Shown here piece after piece: positions 34,544 through 47,962 of a stretch of 64,000 nucleotides of DNA. A program made the translations under genes and the position numbers. Numbering within the stretch: position 1 is the stretch's first letter; each line of letters starts with the position of its first letter. Under the pieces are notes generated by a model. The model did no database searches and was not told the DNA's origin. It was given only the letters and a program-made list of their open reading frames with translations. The DNA is from Adineta vaga (taxonomy: Eukaryota > Animalia > Rotifera): NCBI GenBank assembly GCA_021613535.1, contig CP075494.1, positions 9,920,001 to 9,984,000 of the forward strand, given 5' to 3'.

Positions 34544-37402
34544 TTATCTTTGTTGAAGATAGATTTTACGAAACATAAATGTTTGATTATTTAATTCAGT
34601 AACAGCACGAGCCGCATCACTGGCTGTTTCACAAGCAACAACACCAAAACCTGTTGGTTTGCCATTAACATCACAGCGAATTTTAAGTGTTTCAGGTATG
34701 GGACAATATGGACGAAGAAAATCTAAAATTTCTTCACGCGTTGCACGATAAGCAACATTTGATAAAACTAAAATACGACCAATATAATCATTTAATTCAC
34801 TTGGTAATGGTGGTAAATTTGTTGCAGACGCAACTGGTGGTGTTGAAGAACGTCGATCATTAAGCACCCTTTTATCATCATTGGACTTGATATCATTTCC
34901 TTGATCATCTTTTGCTATTCGTGGTGTATTACGAGTAAAGCCATATCCATCTAAAGAAAAATTGCATTTTTGATTAAAGAAAAAATTCACTGAGGAGGGA
35001 AAAATGAAAAACATCTTTGTTTATGTAAATTACCTTTCATATTATTATGACCACCTTCCCATCGTGGCTTTTTATCACTTCGTCTCTCGTCATCTCTTTC
35101 ATAGAATTGTGAATATCGTTTCGGATTTGCTTGTTGAAAATGTTGATTCATTGTTGATGGCGATGCTAAATCATTAGCTGTTAACATTGGTGTAACGGAT
35201 GCATTTTGAAAATCATTTAATGATATGGGTCGTAAATCTAATGTTCGTCCATGAAAAATTTGTCGATTTTTTGTTTCAAATGCACGTTGACACGATTGAG
35301 GTTCAACAAAACGAACTAGAGCTTCACCAGCTCCGCGATTAAATCGATCAACTAATATTTTACAACTATCAACTTGAGCAGGTATATTTGCAAAAAATTC
35401 ATAGATTTGTTTTTCCGTTGTTGTATAAGGAATATTTCTTAAACGAAGACAAACAATTGGTTGATCAAGATTATTATTCATCGATGTTGAATATGTTGAA
35501 TCTGATGGACGATTATATGTAGGTGGTGTTGGTAATAAATGTGGAGAATTACCATTACGATTATTGCCAAGCGTCGGTTCAGGATGTAACAATGGTGGTC
35601 GACGAGTTGGACGATCAGGTCCACGTTTTAATGAAGTGATTTCATTTTCCATATCAGGTTTTGTCATGCGATACATTTCAATTGTTAATAAACCTAAAAG
35701 AATATTTAGACGACGTTTCTTTATTCAATAAATTTTTTTTACCCATTTGTTCTCCATTGTAGAAAAAAGCTTTTTCTGCATCCAGTTCCGTTTCAAATTC
35801 CACAAATGTTGGACCATTCATCGTATCCGCTTCAATAAATATTCCACCGGGACGATTTGTTACATTGCAACCCGTAAAAAATCGTTTGACATCTTTTCGT
35901 TCATATGTTTTTGGTAAGCCAGTAACACGAATACAATTTTTGATTGCTGTTCCAGGTGCTTTTTTAACATGCGCTGGAATAAATGAATCAAAAGCAGATG
36001 CAAATGTATATTCATCAATTTTTTTTATATCTAATAATGAATTAAAACATTGCATTCGACCATCTTGTGATAGTAAATCAGCAAGATCTTTGTTCATATG
36101 TAAGCGAAGAACAATTTCGCCTGTACGTTGACCATTTTGATCATTGAGAATTTTAATATCCGATAGATTTAATTTATATTTCGAAAATAATTGTTTGATA
36201 TTATAATAAGAATAACCAACGGGAATATTTCGAACCCGAACAAATGAATCTTCAGCCGTTTGAAATGAATTTGAAGGATCTTGATTATGATGTCCATGTA
36301 AAGGTTGTTGTTGTTGTTGTTGAAAGAGAAGAGCGGCACGTTGCTGTTGTTGATAAGCATTAGGAAACTAAAAATAAAAGATTTTTCGAAGTTAGATTGT
36401 TTCTCAAAAGAAACAAGATTGTTTATAAATTATCTCTCTGACTTTAGTCCTCGTCTGACCTTTACTGATTTAATAGGGAACGCTGTTTCTTCATTATATT
36501 TTACTCACACCTTTCTTGTAGAGGTATATAAAACTCTATCTATTCTTTGAAAGTCTTCAAGACTCGAAAAAAAAGAGAAGAATTTAAAAATTACTTGTTG
36601 TGTCATCCATCCATTTGATTGTTGTGGAAATTGAGCCAATGGATTCGGAATCATTGGCATTTGAAATGGAAATTGTGGTTGCTGTGGTTGTTGATCCTTT
36701 TGATTTAAGGCTGCTAATAATTGTTGGATAGCTAATTGATTAGTTCCATTTTGTGTTGCAGCTAATAATAGAGCACTTGTTGGGTCAATTGAGGACGTTT
36801 GTTGTTGCATTTGTAATTGCTGTTGTTGTTGTTGTTGTTGCTGCTGTTGCTGAGCTGCTTTTGCTTGAAATTCGGCAAGAATCGATGTGAGAGCATTGGC
36901 CGATGGTATTTTTGGTAGATTGGAATTTGTTTGATCCGATTGTTCGACAAAATTCGATTCAACAGCAGTTGTTATTGGTTTGACTGATGGAGCTGCACGA
37001 GCTTGCGCAATAACGGTTTGCATTTCTGATCGACTACTTAAAAATAATTTGATCGGATTTCCACAAATACTTCCTGATTTCACCATCGCTAGTCGAGCAT
37101 CGTCATCCGAACTGAAGTTAATGAAAGCATCACCCTTTTCACCACCGACTAAAATGATAGTTTTTCAATCGAAAGTCTTCGAAATGATTTTCTCAACAAG
37201 AAACTCTACTCACCAACATGAACACCGCCATCAGGAATACTCAAACCGGTAAAGAATCGTCGCTAGAAGGAAAGATTTGTTTGATTAGATCGAAGAGAGA
37301 ATGACAAAGCACCAGAAAACTTACAATATCAATCGCACGAGCCTCATTAGGTAAATTTTGTAATCGAATAATAATATTTGATGGTGACGAACCAGTCGAC
37401 AT
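34544..37402 (-). CDS. RBM12: RNA-binding protein RBM12/RBM12B-like (multiple RRMs, polyQ tract)
   Basis: N-terminal IIRLQNLPNEARAIDIRRFFTGLSIPDGGVH..GGEKGDAFISFSSDDDARLAM; further RRMs such as LRLRNIPY and LVLSNVAYRATREEILDF. Confidence 0.85.
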
Positions 37403-37994
37403 AACTCGAACGTTTTTTTTTCTCTCTTAGTAAACGACGATCAATAGCACCATGAAAAAGAATAGCTTTTTCGTTTCTTTTTTTTATCTTAGAAAAACAC
37501 AATCACTGTTCTGAAAGAAAAAAGTCATAGCAAGACAATCTTCATATCTGATTGATATAAAATAGAGAAAAAAGAAAACACACGCCATGATTTTTATTAT
37601 GTTCAATATGAATATGTTTTCTGAAGAAGAAGAGAAAAAAAAAGGTTTCGAAATTATAACAATGCCAGTTAGATTTCTGCGAGTAATGATTGATGATATA
37701 TGTCAGTAAAAAGAATATATATATATATATATATGTAAATCTATCTGATGAAAATTATATGGTTAGGAAGAATCAAAATTGATCTGTCTGTTGCAATGAA
37801 TCATAGACTTCAACGCAGATTATCTCTTAGAAGCAATAAGTGAAAATCTTACTATAATTGAAATATTGACCAAAGTATCTTTATCTCTAAGTTGAATATG
37901 CTTTTTGAGAAAAAAACAAAACATTCTGATTTATTTTGTTAATAAATCTGATCTTTATTATGGCTCCACTTACTTTATCATATAATAAATATTC

Positions 37995-38807
37995 TCAAGA
38001 AAATATATCTGTTTGTCTTTTCATTTGAAATCTCTCCCAGGATATGAAATGATCTTGTTTATTCTTATCAAATGGTGTACAACCATGAAGAATATCATCA
38101 ATAGTTAATTCAAGAAATAATTGACAAGGATTAGTTGTTGATAAACATAAAGTTATTAGTTGTTGATCATAGTCATTTAAAAATATCATTTGTTCATCGA
38201 AACGAATCTTATCTGACGGTAATTGCTGGTTAATTTGTAAGATTGTATCTGAAATAATCTGATTTTTAGAAAAATTTTCTCTCTGAAGATGAAAATTTAA
38301 TCTCAATAATGGAAAACCAATTCCAATACCTAACCATTTTACATAACTTTCTTTTAATGACCATAAACGATAAAAATTCTTGGAATTTTTTCGTATGAAA
38401 TCAAATTCATTTAATGTAAATTTCTTTCGAAATAAATCATAATTTTCTTTACGTAATTGTTTACTTTGATAAAGCATTGTATCACAACCAATTTGACCAT
38501 TAAATGTTCCCGCAATACAAACTAATTGATTATGATGTGAAAGATTGAAATCAAATGAATCATTAGATTGAAGATATGGACGATTTGATTTTGTTCGTTG
38601 AATATTAAATGATGAACTTTTTTCTTGAAAGACATGTGATAAAAGATAACGAATCAATAATTGCCCAATCAAAACAAATTTTACGTCACGTTGATAAGCA
38701 TATTCATCAATACGTTGAAGTTCAACAATTGGTAGACAACGATTAGCATAAAACCATTGATCTCGTGTTGGTTTCCAATGATGACAATTAAAATAGAAAC
38801 GATACAT
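37995..38807 (-). CDS. AASDHPPT: 4'-phosphopantetheinyl transferase (Sfp/AASDHPPT type)
   Basis: FNLSHH, IGCD and FYRLWSLKESYVKWLGIGI. First in-frame ATG at 38807. Confidence 0.88.
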   Translation of the reverse strand: MYRFYFNCHHWKPTRDQWFYANRCLPIVELQRIDEYAYQRDVKFVLIGQLLIRYLLSHVFQEKSSSFNIQRTKSNRPYLQSNDSFDFNLSHHNQLVCIAGTFNGQIGCDTMLYQSKQLRKENYDLFRKKFTLNEFDFIRKNSKNFYRLWSLKESYVKWLGIGIGFPLLRLNFHLQRENFSKNQIISDTILQINQQLPSDKIRFDEQMIFLNDYDQQLITLCLSTTNPCQLFLELTIDDILHGCTPFDKNKQDHFISWERFQMKRQTDIFS

Positions 38808-39041
38808 TTGATTTGATTTGATTCGAAGAAAAAAAAGTAAAAAGAAAACAACAAATTCTAAGGTCAAATGAAGATAGAAGAAATGAACCAATCAGAAACG
38901 AGTTTTATTCGTTAATCGTAATGCATTAATGCATTTCATTTCAACGAAAGAAGTAAATGATGATCGTTTAAGAACATATTAAACTTTATAATTAAATCAC
39001 AAAGCGGCGAGCGCGGTTTTCGTTGAAAAGAAAATCTCAAA

Positions 39042-40131
39042 TTAATCGGTCGGATGAAGAATCTGTCGTCGAGATTCTTCAATAATTCGAGCGATCTGTA
39101 ATGAATGTTCTAATGTCATTAATGGATGTTCAGTTTTTTCATTAAGAATTTGTTCTCGACATGCTATTGCTTCATAGCATAAACCAGCTGAATGTTCTAA
39201 ATTGGTTTTTTTCATTGTTTCGGGTAGAGAATGTTCAACTATTTGACCATTGGGTAATATTATTTGAGTTGGAGCCCAGAAATGACTGGGAATGTTTACA
39301 ACGCCTTCGAGAAAACAAAGTCATAAATAGGAAAATTAATCAAGATTTTTACCTTCAGTTCCATAGATTTTCAACGAACTCGCCGATTCAATATCTTCTG
39401 TAATACAAGTCAATACAGCCATTCGATTATTTTTGAATAATAATGTTATAGAAGCCATTCGATCAGTTAATTGATTTTGATGTTCTTTTGTATGACCTGT
39501 AGCTCGAATTATTTCAGGTTCTTCATGATCAAATGCAATTAAAGCAGCTTGGATTGGATAACAGCCGATAGCCATTAATGTACTCCAAATTCCAAAGGCA
39601 TTTAAATTCCGTACACAGAATGTACATTCGACATAAGTAACCTAAATAATTAAAATAGAATGCGAAACTTTTGTTTTAAACTAAATCTACTCTTCCTATT
39701 TGTTGAATTGCATTACGTAGATCAAAATAGATAGGAAAAAATCGTGACCAAATAGCTTCCATGATAAATTTCTTTGTTTTTTTTGCTGCATTTATAATTT
39801 CTTCGATTTCACCTGTATTCATAGCTAATGGTTTTTCACATAGAACATGTTTTTGATGATTCAATGCTTTAATACATAAATCTCTATGAACTTGTTCAAT
39901 AGTTCCGATATAAACAATATCCACATTAACATCTTGAAAAACTTCGTCTTGTGAACCATAAATTTGAACTTGATTTTCAAGATGAAATTCACGAACAAAA
40001 TTTTCAGCTTGACTTTTATTTCGAGAACCAACAGCAACAATAATATGTTCCTTTTTATCACAAGTTAATAAAGCAAGACAAAAATCATGACATATACGGC
40101 CTGTTCCAATAATACCCCATTTAAGCTGCAT
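39042..40131 (-). CDS. DHDH: Gfo/Idh/MocA oxidoreductase, dihydrodiol dehydrogenase-like
   Basis: KWGIIGTGRI, KHVLCEKPLAMN, FIMEAIWSRFFP, IGCYPIQ and GLCYEA; three exons. Confidence 0.85.
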
Positions 40132-41141
40132 ATCTTTACGTTGTAAGTGACGAAAACAAGAGAAATGAAGACAAATCTTCGATGATGATGTCAGTAGTAA
40201 CTGTGGATAGATAACAATGATTGTGTCGCTTTTTTCTCGAAACTAAAAGAACTAAAAGGTCAATTAGAAATTATACTAAGAAGTTTCAAGTAATAAAAAA
40301 CTTTCGTATTTTGTAATCCTTATATCAATTTATATTCTTTTCCTTGAAACTTTCGATCGTTTGTAATTCTCGTAATTTAAATTTCCGGCACGACATCGTA
40401 AACAATATTCTCCTATTCAATTATCCAACAATATATATATAATCCTTCCAACAAAAAACTTCATCTGACAATAGCTCTTAGCATCATATTCATCTTCTAT
40501 TTGAAGAGAGTCTAACGTACATCGCTTGACTTTTTTTATCTTGTCATCTGAAATTAAATTTTGATTTCATGTCAGAAATGATTTAATGTTATATCTTTAT
40601 CGAGCATCGCATGTCAAAAAGAAAATTGCTCGTCTGCGTAGAATGAAGAGAGAATTCGATCTTTCCCCTAGTGTTTTTTCTCTTCCTTTCTCTCTCTCAC
40701 TCACTCCCTCTCTTGTGAAGAAACGGGAAAATATTGTCTCTTCGATAATCAATCAGTAAAGTGGATGAACGTTCATAAGAAAAGAGAGCATGATAATGGA
40801 TTAAACAGAAAGAAAGAAAAAATATTGCATGTAGAACGAACCAAGTTACATTGAGAATGGCAATAGTAACAAGAAGATTTTTCCTCTTCGTGAGATATTA
40901 TTGATGATGATGATGATGAAGATGATGATGAAGGAAAATGCAGACTACAAGTTAAATCCCCTTGTTGCGTTATGCCGACTTCGAGAAAAAAAAACTATGC
41001 TCAATCGATGAGCTCTAATCGACCGGAATGAAAACATGCAACAATCATATTTCTATTCTCGCCAATGTGTCAACGACTAAACGATTAGAACAGTGTCAAT
41101 AGATTTTTATTGTTTGCTTTTCTTAAACCAAACTGAAGACG

Positions 41142-44100
41142 ATGAATGTTCGTATTTATTTATTAGTTATTGTTTTGGTTCATAATATACCAGTGAATGA
41201 AACTATTTTACAAATACCTGTTGGTAAGATTTTCGAAAGATAATTTTTCTTTTCAAAAAATCGATATTGTTATTTGCAAAAAATGAAATATCGATTTTTG
41301 TCAATTCTAGCTAAGTGTAAGAAAGCGAAATGATCGAATATAAAAATAACAAATTGAATATATCTCTAGTCAGTTAGATTTATAATTCTATTTTCAATAT
41401 CTATAAACAAATTTTTCTTTGCTACTACAATTCGAATCTTTCGAACAGAATTGTCAGGTTAGAATGACATGACATGTTCATGAATTCTATTTCATGTAGG
41501 TTTAATGTTCAATGGCTATCAACATGATCTCTATACTCGAATAAATCCTTTTGCTCGTCAATATGTTCTGAATAAACTTGAACGACGTTTTCAATATAAT
41601 GTTACGGAATTAATCGATACAGTTGATTTAAATGATACTGATATTGATACTTGGTCAACATTATGTGCACAATTGTCAAATGGTATTATGGCAATGATCG
41701 GTCAAGTTAGTCATAATGATTTCGATTGGTTAGCAGGATTTTGTTCGGCTTATCAAGTACCTTTCCTTGGTTTAAATAATCATAATAATTTTGAAAATAA
41801 TTATTATATTTCTCTAATGCCCGATGTTCTTCCAGCCTTATTAGCATTTCTACGTCGTTATCAAATCAATCAATTAGTTTATATATATGATGATACAATA
41901 GGAGCATATCGTCTTAAACATCTGATGGAAATGCAAACAACAAATAAAATTCATAATTTAAATATTATTAGTCGATATCTTGGTAATCCAGATGATTCCT
42001 ATGATTTATTACAAAATGTTGAAATGATGACAAATGCTCCGCCACGTTTTTCACCAATGACAAATACATTCTTACGTTTACCCGGACGATATATTGTCTT
42101 AGATTTTCAATCATTAGAAACTTATCGAATTTTTATGGATAAAATCAAACATCGAGGAATGACAACAGCTGATTATCATTATATTATACTTTCATTAAAT
42201 ACTAAACAATTAGATATGACTTATTTTCGATATGGTGGTGTTAATGTCACATTTTTTGCTTTATCATCAGATACCAATATTCGTGATAATCATACATTAT
42301 CATTTCATGAAAATTATCTTAATTCAACAAAAGATTTTAATGGAAAAACTGGTCCTTTGGTTGAATCATTATTAATTGTTGATGCATGGGAAACACTATT
42401 ACGTACAATTAATCGTATGTTAATCTCAGCAAATGAAACACGTGATAAATTAAAAGTCTTTCGACAAGGAAGATTTTATAATGGATTAACACCTGGTATT
42501 GATTGTCGAAATAATCATATTCAAGCATGGTCAGCTGGACAAATCTATTTAGAAAATCTCTTGAATACAACATTCGATGGTTTAACGGGAAATATTCAAT
42601 TTTCTAATACAACAGGACAACGAACAAATTATACATTTGATGTTTATCGTGTTACTGGAAATGCTATGCCAAAACATATTGGATTTTTTCGAGCACCAAA
42701 TACACTTGAGGTATTTATTATTTAGATTGATGTTAGAAAATTGAACGTAGACCTTGATTGATCATTTGCTATTCATCACACATGGAATGAATGAGTAAAT
42801 ATCATTAATAAAATTGAATGAGTATTTCCCCGAGGAAACCGACTAACAAAGATGAACAATTTAATTTTCATCGAAGAACAAAAAAACGAATTTAAATCTT
42901 TCTTTTTTCTTTTCTTTCAGGTTATCGATGATTCTTCCTTTCGTTTTCGTATGTCTTATGATAATCGTACGCGTTTGATTGTTACAATACTTGATGAACC
43001 ATTTATGATGTTAAAGAAGAGTCGAAATGATACATTAAATATAAAAAGTATTCCACGTGGAACTATTTTGGATCCATCCATGGTCGAAGGATTTTGTGTT
43101 GATTTAGCTTATGCCATCTGTCATGAAAAATTACAATTACCTTACAAATTTTTAATTGAAACAAAATATGGTAATGAAATCGAGAAAGGTGTTTGGAATG
43201 GTATGATAGGTGCATTAGTAAATCGTGATGCAGATCTATCGATTGCATCCTTAACAATCAATGGTGCTCGAGAGAAAGCTGTTGATTTTTCCAAACCATT
43301 TATTGATTTAGGCATTTCAATTATGATTCGTAAACCGGAAAAACAAAAACCAGGTGTATTTTCATTTATGGCACCATTATCAAAAGAAATTTGGATTTGT
43401 GTGATTATTTCTTATTTACTTGTTAGTGCCATTCTATTTTTTGTTAGTCGAACTTCTTCATATGAATGGTATTTTGAAAATGAAACAGATGTTGTACCAC
43501 GAAATAAGTTTTCTATGCAAAATGCATTATTTTTTTCATTTGCTGCTTTTATGCATCAAGGTGTCGATCTTCTACCGAGATCATTTTCAGGTATGTTATT
43601 CATTTCATTTGTAAATGAATTTCTTAGTCAATTTCTTATGATTTGTTTCTCTTTTAGGTCGAGTAGTAACAAGTGCTTGGTGGTTTTTTAGTTTAATTCT
43701 TGTTTCATCTTATACTGCCAATTTAGCTGCTTTTTTAACGGTCGAAAAACTAGTTACACCAATTGAAAGTGTAGAAGATCTTGCTAAACAAACAGAAATT
43801 CGTTATGGAACAGTGAAAGGTGGTTCAACTATGGCATTTTTTAATAAATCAACATTGATTACATTTAAACGTATGTGGGATTTTATGCAACAACACAAAG
43901 ATGATGTTTTCGTTACATCAAATCACGAAGGTATTGAAAAAGTTCGACGATCCAAAGGTAAATTTGCATTTCTTCTCGAATCAACATTAAATGAATATGT
44001 TAATGAACGTTATCCATGTGATACGATGCGTGTTGGAGAAAATATTGATGCAAAAGGTTACGGTATAGCTACACCACTTGGTTCTGATTTACGTGAAGCA

Positions 44101-44601
44101 ATTAATATTGCTGTATTAGAATTAACTGAAAGTGGATTTCTTGAACGTTTAAAACAAAAATGGTATTATGAAAGAAGTGAATGTACAAATGTTGGTACAA
44201 AAGATTCCAAACAAAGTACAGAACTTAATTTAGCTAATGTTGCTGGCATGTTTTATGTTTTAATTGTTGGTCTTGGAGCAGCAATGGTCATTGCATTTTT
44301 AGAATTTTTATTAAAAGCAAAGATCGATTCGACACGATTAAATCAAAATATTCGAGAAGTCATGCGACGAAATTTACGAATTTCAATTACAGGTATTGAT
44401 TTTGATGAAAAACAACAACATACAGATTATTGGCCATTGCAAGCACCACCACATACTAGTCCTGTTCATCCAGAAAACGAACGAACTGCAACTGTTTCTA
44501 GCACGTATGATTCATTAAAACATGGAGAATTTCTTGGTTTTAATGAACAAAAAGATTTGACTTTTCGTGGTTCTAAACGAGATAATATTTCACATTTATA
44601 A
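41142..44601 (+). CDS. Ionotropic glutamate receptor, AMPA-like
   Basis: Signal-peptide exon 41142-41223 and an amino-terminal-domain exon. Motifs [45 protein letters not shown] and KGYGIATP; C-terminal PDZ-like -SHL. Confidence 0.95.
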
Positions 44602-44798
44602 ACATTCTTTCATTGTTCATTCTATATATATATGTACTAATATTCTTTTTCAAATAGATATCTATTAATCTGAACATAATCTTTGTTTTTTTTCCGGATT
44701 CTATAACGATAAAAATCATTCCAATCAATATATGTCAAATGAAGTCATGCTTAAATAGATTTATTCGAGATAAAATACAACATTTATTATTGACAATC

Positions 44799-46028
44799 TT
44801 AATTTAAACCAGTTTCCATTGCTATTTCATCAGGTTTTCGGGATAGTCGTGGTACATTCGGTAGAATGATATTTCCACGAACCATTGGCATTGTTTGTTC
44901 GAAAGATTCTCGATTGATAAAATGGAATTGAAAATGTGTTGATGTACCAATATAAAGTAATGGAATCCAAATAACAGATGTTTTAGCAAAGCAAGCACAG
45001 AAAAATGTTACTAATGGTGGAATAGTATATCCTTCTCCTTGAAATGCTGAAATGAAAAATGTTACAGCATAAGGTGTCCATGTAAAAATAAATCCACATG
45101 TTGTAATGATAATACCTATGATGAGAAAGAGAATGATTTGAAAAATTTGAAAATAATCATTTACTTCTAACAATTCGTCGTTCCATTTCAATTCGTTTTC
45201 GATTCAATACTGTTTGAATACCATTTTCAATCTTTTCATGCATTCGTTTTAATCCTTGAAGAGTAATTGTATTTGTTACAATAAGAATAATCAATGGAAT
45301 ACAATAAACAACAATAAACAGAAAGAATAAATATGATACATATGATATACGTCGATCGTACCAATTAATACAACATGATGTTCGAGCTCCCTAAGAGATA
45401 AAACAAGAGAATTTTACCAGGAAATATAATTCTATTCATATGTACCTCCATAGTATATTCATTCCATCCAAATAATGGTAGTAATGTCCATAAAAAAGCA
45501 ATAAGAATTGCAACAATTGAGATGATAATACATTTTTCAACCTAAAATCATGTGAATTAGTATATTGAAGTCATTTTTCAATTCACTTACTGTTACATCT
45601 TTAGCTTTGAATGGTCGAATGATTATATAACAACGACTAAGACTGACTCCACAAAGTAGATAAGAACTTGAACATCCATATAAAAATGCAATAATTGCAC
45701 TCAATTGACAACCGACTCGTTGATATAACCATTGACAATAGATCGATGATGTACCTGTTAGTGGTAGAATTGTACAGGAAGCAAAAAGACCTATTCCTGC
45801 GATGAACATAACGAATATATTTGATGGGGATCGAAGTGCTTTATATCGAAGGAAACTATAAACCAATGCTCCATTACAAATGATTCCAACCAATGAAGCA
45901 ATACATAAAAATATGCCAAGAATACGTATAGGATTACAATTAATCGGCGTCGGAAGACTCCAAAATAATGGATCATCACGAGATAAATTTTCATAAACGA
46001 TTAGAGAATAATCCAATGACATCGCCAT
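44799..46028 (-). CDS. Opsin (possibly xenopsin-like)
   Basis: LRSPSNIF; LPLFGWNEYTMEGARTSCCINW with an E181-equivalent Glu; FTWTPYA; retinal-binding Lys in FAKTSVIWIPLLY (codon 44984-44982); four exons. Confidence 0.9.
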
Positions 46029-47103
46029 TCTTTATTTGAACTAGAATAAGAATAATGTGAACGTAAGTCTCCTCTGACAAAGTGAATAAGAAAATGACGG
46101 GATTTTTCTTTGATAATATGTGTATTGGAATACCGGCATTCTGGTTCGATGAACTTGTTTTTTGATGTGTTTTTGTTGATGAAAATTATGATAATCACTT
46201 CATATTTTAGAAGTCCAAAGTAGTGAATGAAAAAATAAGGTGGATTAGTAAAAATTCTCAATAACTAACCGATCTGTTCTTTTGCTATGCATGTTTGGAG
46301 AGGATTCATCGAGGAAATGAATGTTTTTTTAACTTAAGTAGCTAAACTAATATTTGCATTGATGTTTTTCCTTTTGATTAAAATCTTCATGTGTAGATAT
46401 GTACTTTGAGAGTGTTACATAACAGTCAAATTATAGTGTAAAAAAAAAATAGCATGTTTTGAAATTAATCAGTGAAACTATTCTTTTTCTTCGCTAAGAG
46501 TAAGCTGAAAGTATCAATTTCAGTATAGAATTAAGACTTAGATTATTCAAAAGAAAACTTCACGTTCTTTCTCTGATTAATATTCACATGAATTAGTTTT
46601 CATTCAAGTTTCATAACACATTTAACCAAGAGAAGATTGACATGTATTCATTGAACACTGGCTAAAGTCGAGTTAAAAAGGAAATGAACTTTCTTTTTTT
46701 TTTCTTATCAACCATTGTTTATGCAATTATAGAGTAATGATAAAGTGTAATTACGAATTTCATAGACGCCATACATGGTAGAGTATTTGAACATTATCTT
46801 TTATTTTCACTGTTTGAAATCATTTATTTACACAAAAAAGAAATTGAATTGACTAATAATGAACTGATTAGTTTTAATAATGTATACTTGATAGGTCAAA
46901 AGAACTAATATAGACGCTATTTTTAGTAGAAGAGTCATATACTAATCTGATATTTCATCGGAGAATACAGAATAGAATACTTGTTTTTATTCAATAATAA
47001 ATAATAACAACAAAAAAAAGATTCAAAATGTAGATCAATTGCAGTCAACGAATAATATTCTGGATCTAGAGTATTGTACAAATTTACGGTGGGAGATCAC
47101 ATT

Positions 47104-47723
47104 TTATTTTTTAAGAATAGCAATAGCAGCGGCCGCAAGACCTAAATAAAACAAGAAGCATTTTTAAAACAATTGAATTTTCTATTCATACCTCCAACAA
47201 GAAGTGCTCCAGCACCTACAGCAATTCCAGCGCCAATATCTAAATTAAATTCAAAACTCAATAATTACAGTGTTTCAAATCATAAAATTTACTTACATCC
47301 ATCACGAGTTATTCGTTGTTGAATTTCATCTTTAAGATTTTTAGCTTGATGATTACCAGGTTGAACATGTAGAATAGCATCAAGAAATTTAATGGCTGTC
47401 TCATATTCGTTCAATCGTGCATTACCTAAATTGAATATGAAGAATTTTATTTTCCATGAAAATCTTCTCTTACCAAGTGCTAAATAGAATACATAATCAC
47501 GTTTATCTTCATCTTTTCGTGTGGAGTCATAAAGTTCTTTTAATAATTGTAAGCCATATCGTACATCGGTTTTGACTTTACTTCGTACAAGGCAATAAGC
47601 AAATGAGAATTTATTTTGATCAGTTACTTGATTTGCTTCTTTAGCTTTTTCAAATACGGTTCGATAACGTTGAATTTCATCGGGTAAAATAGTTTCTTCT
47701 AATAATTTTTGACTATCGTCCAT
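47104..47723 (-). CDS. FIS1: Mitochondrial fission protein FIS1
   Basis: KFSFAYCLVRS, RDYVFYLALGNARLNEY, QPGNHQAKNL; C-terminal TM ending ILKK*. Confidence 0.93.
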
Positions 47724-47962
47724 ATTTCTTTCTTTGAGTATAGATACGTCGATATAAATCTAATAAATAAATGTATATATATATAAATACTGTTAGTAAT
47801 TGCCTGATGAGTCAGACGATGACTCATTCATGACGTGTATGTATGTTTATCACCGGAAAGAGAATACAATACAACAACATTCGGGTAAAAACGAGAAAAA
47901 GAATAAAAAAAGTATAAAAAAGAGCAGAAGTATTTTTTGTGTCTTTTTTCTACAGATTTCAT

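Noticed and set aside
38807-39042. DHDH to AASDHPPT as an operon
   Set aside because: The 235-bp gap contains a CCAAT box and a GC-rich element, suggesting an independent promoter. Not excluded, but unsupported.
47803-47835. Hammerhead-like CTGATGA followed by a hairpin
   Set aside because: No GAAA after the stem; better explained as paired AP-1 sites.
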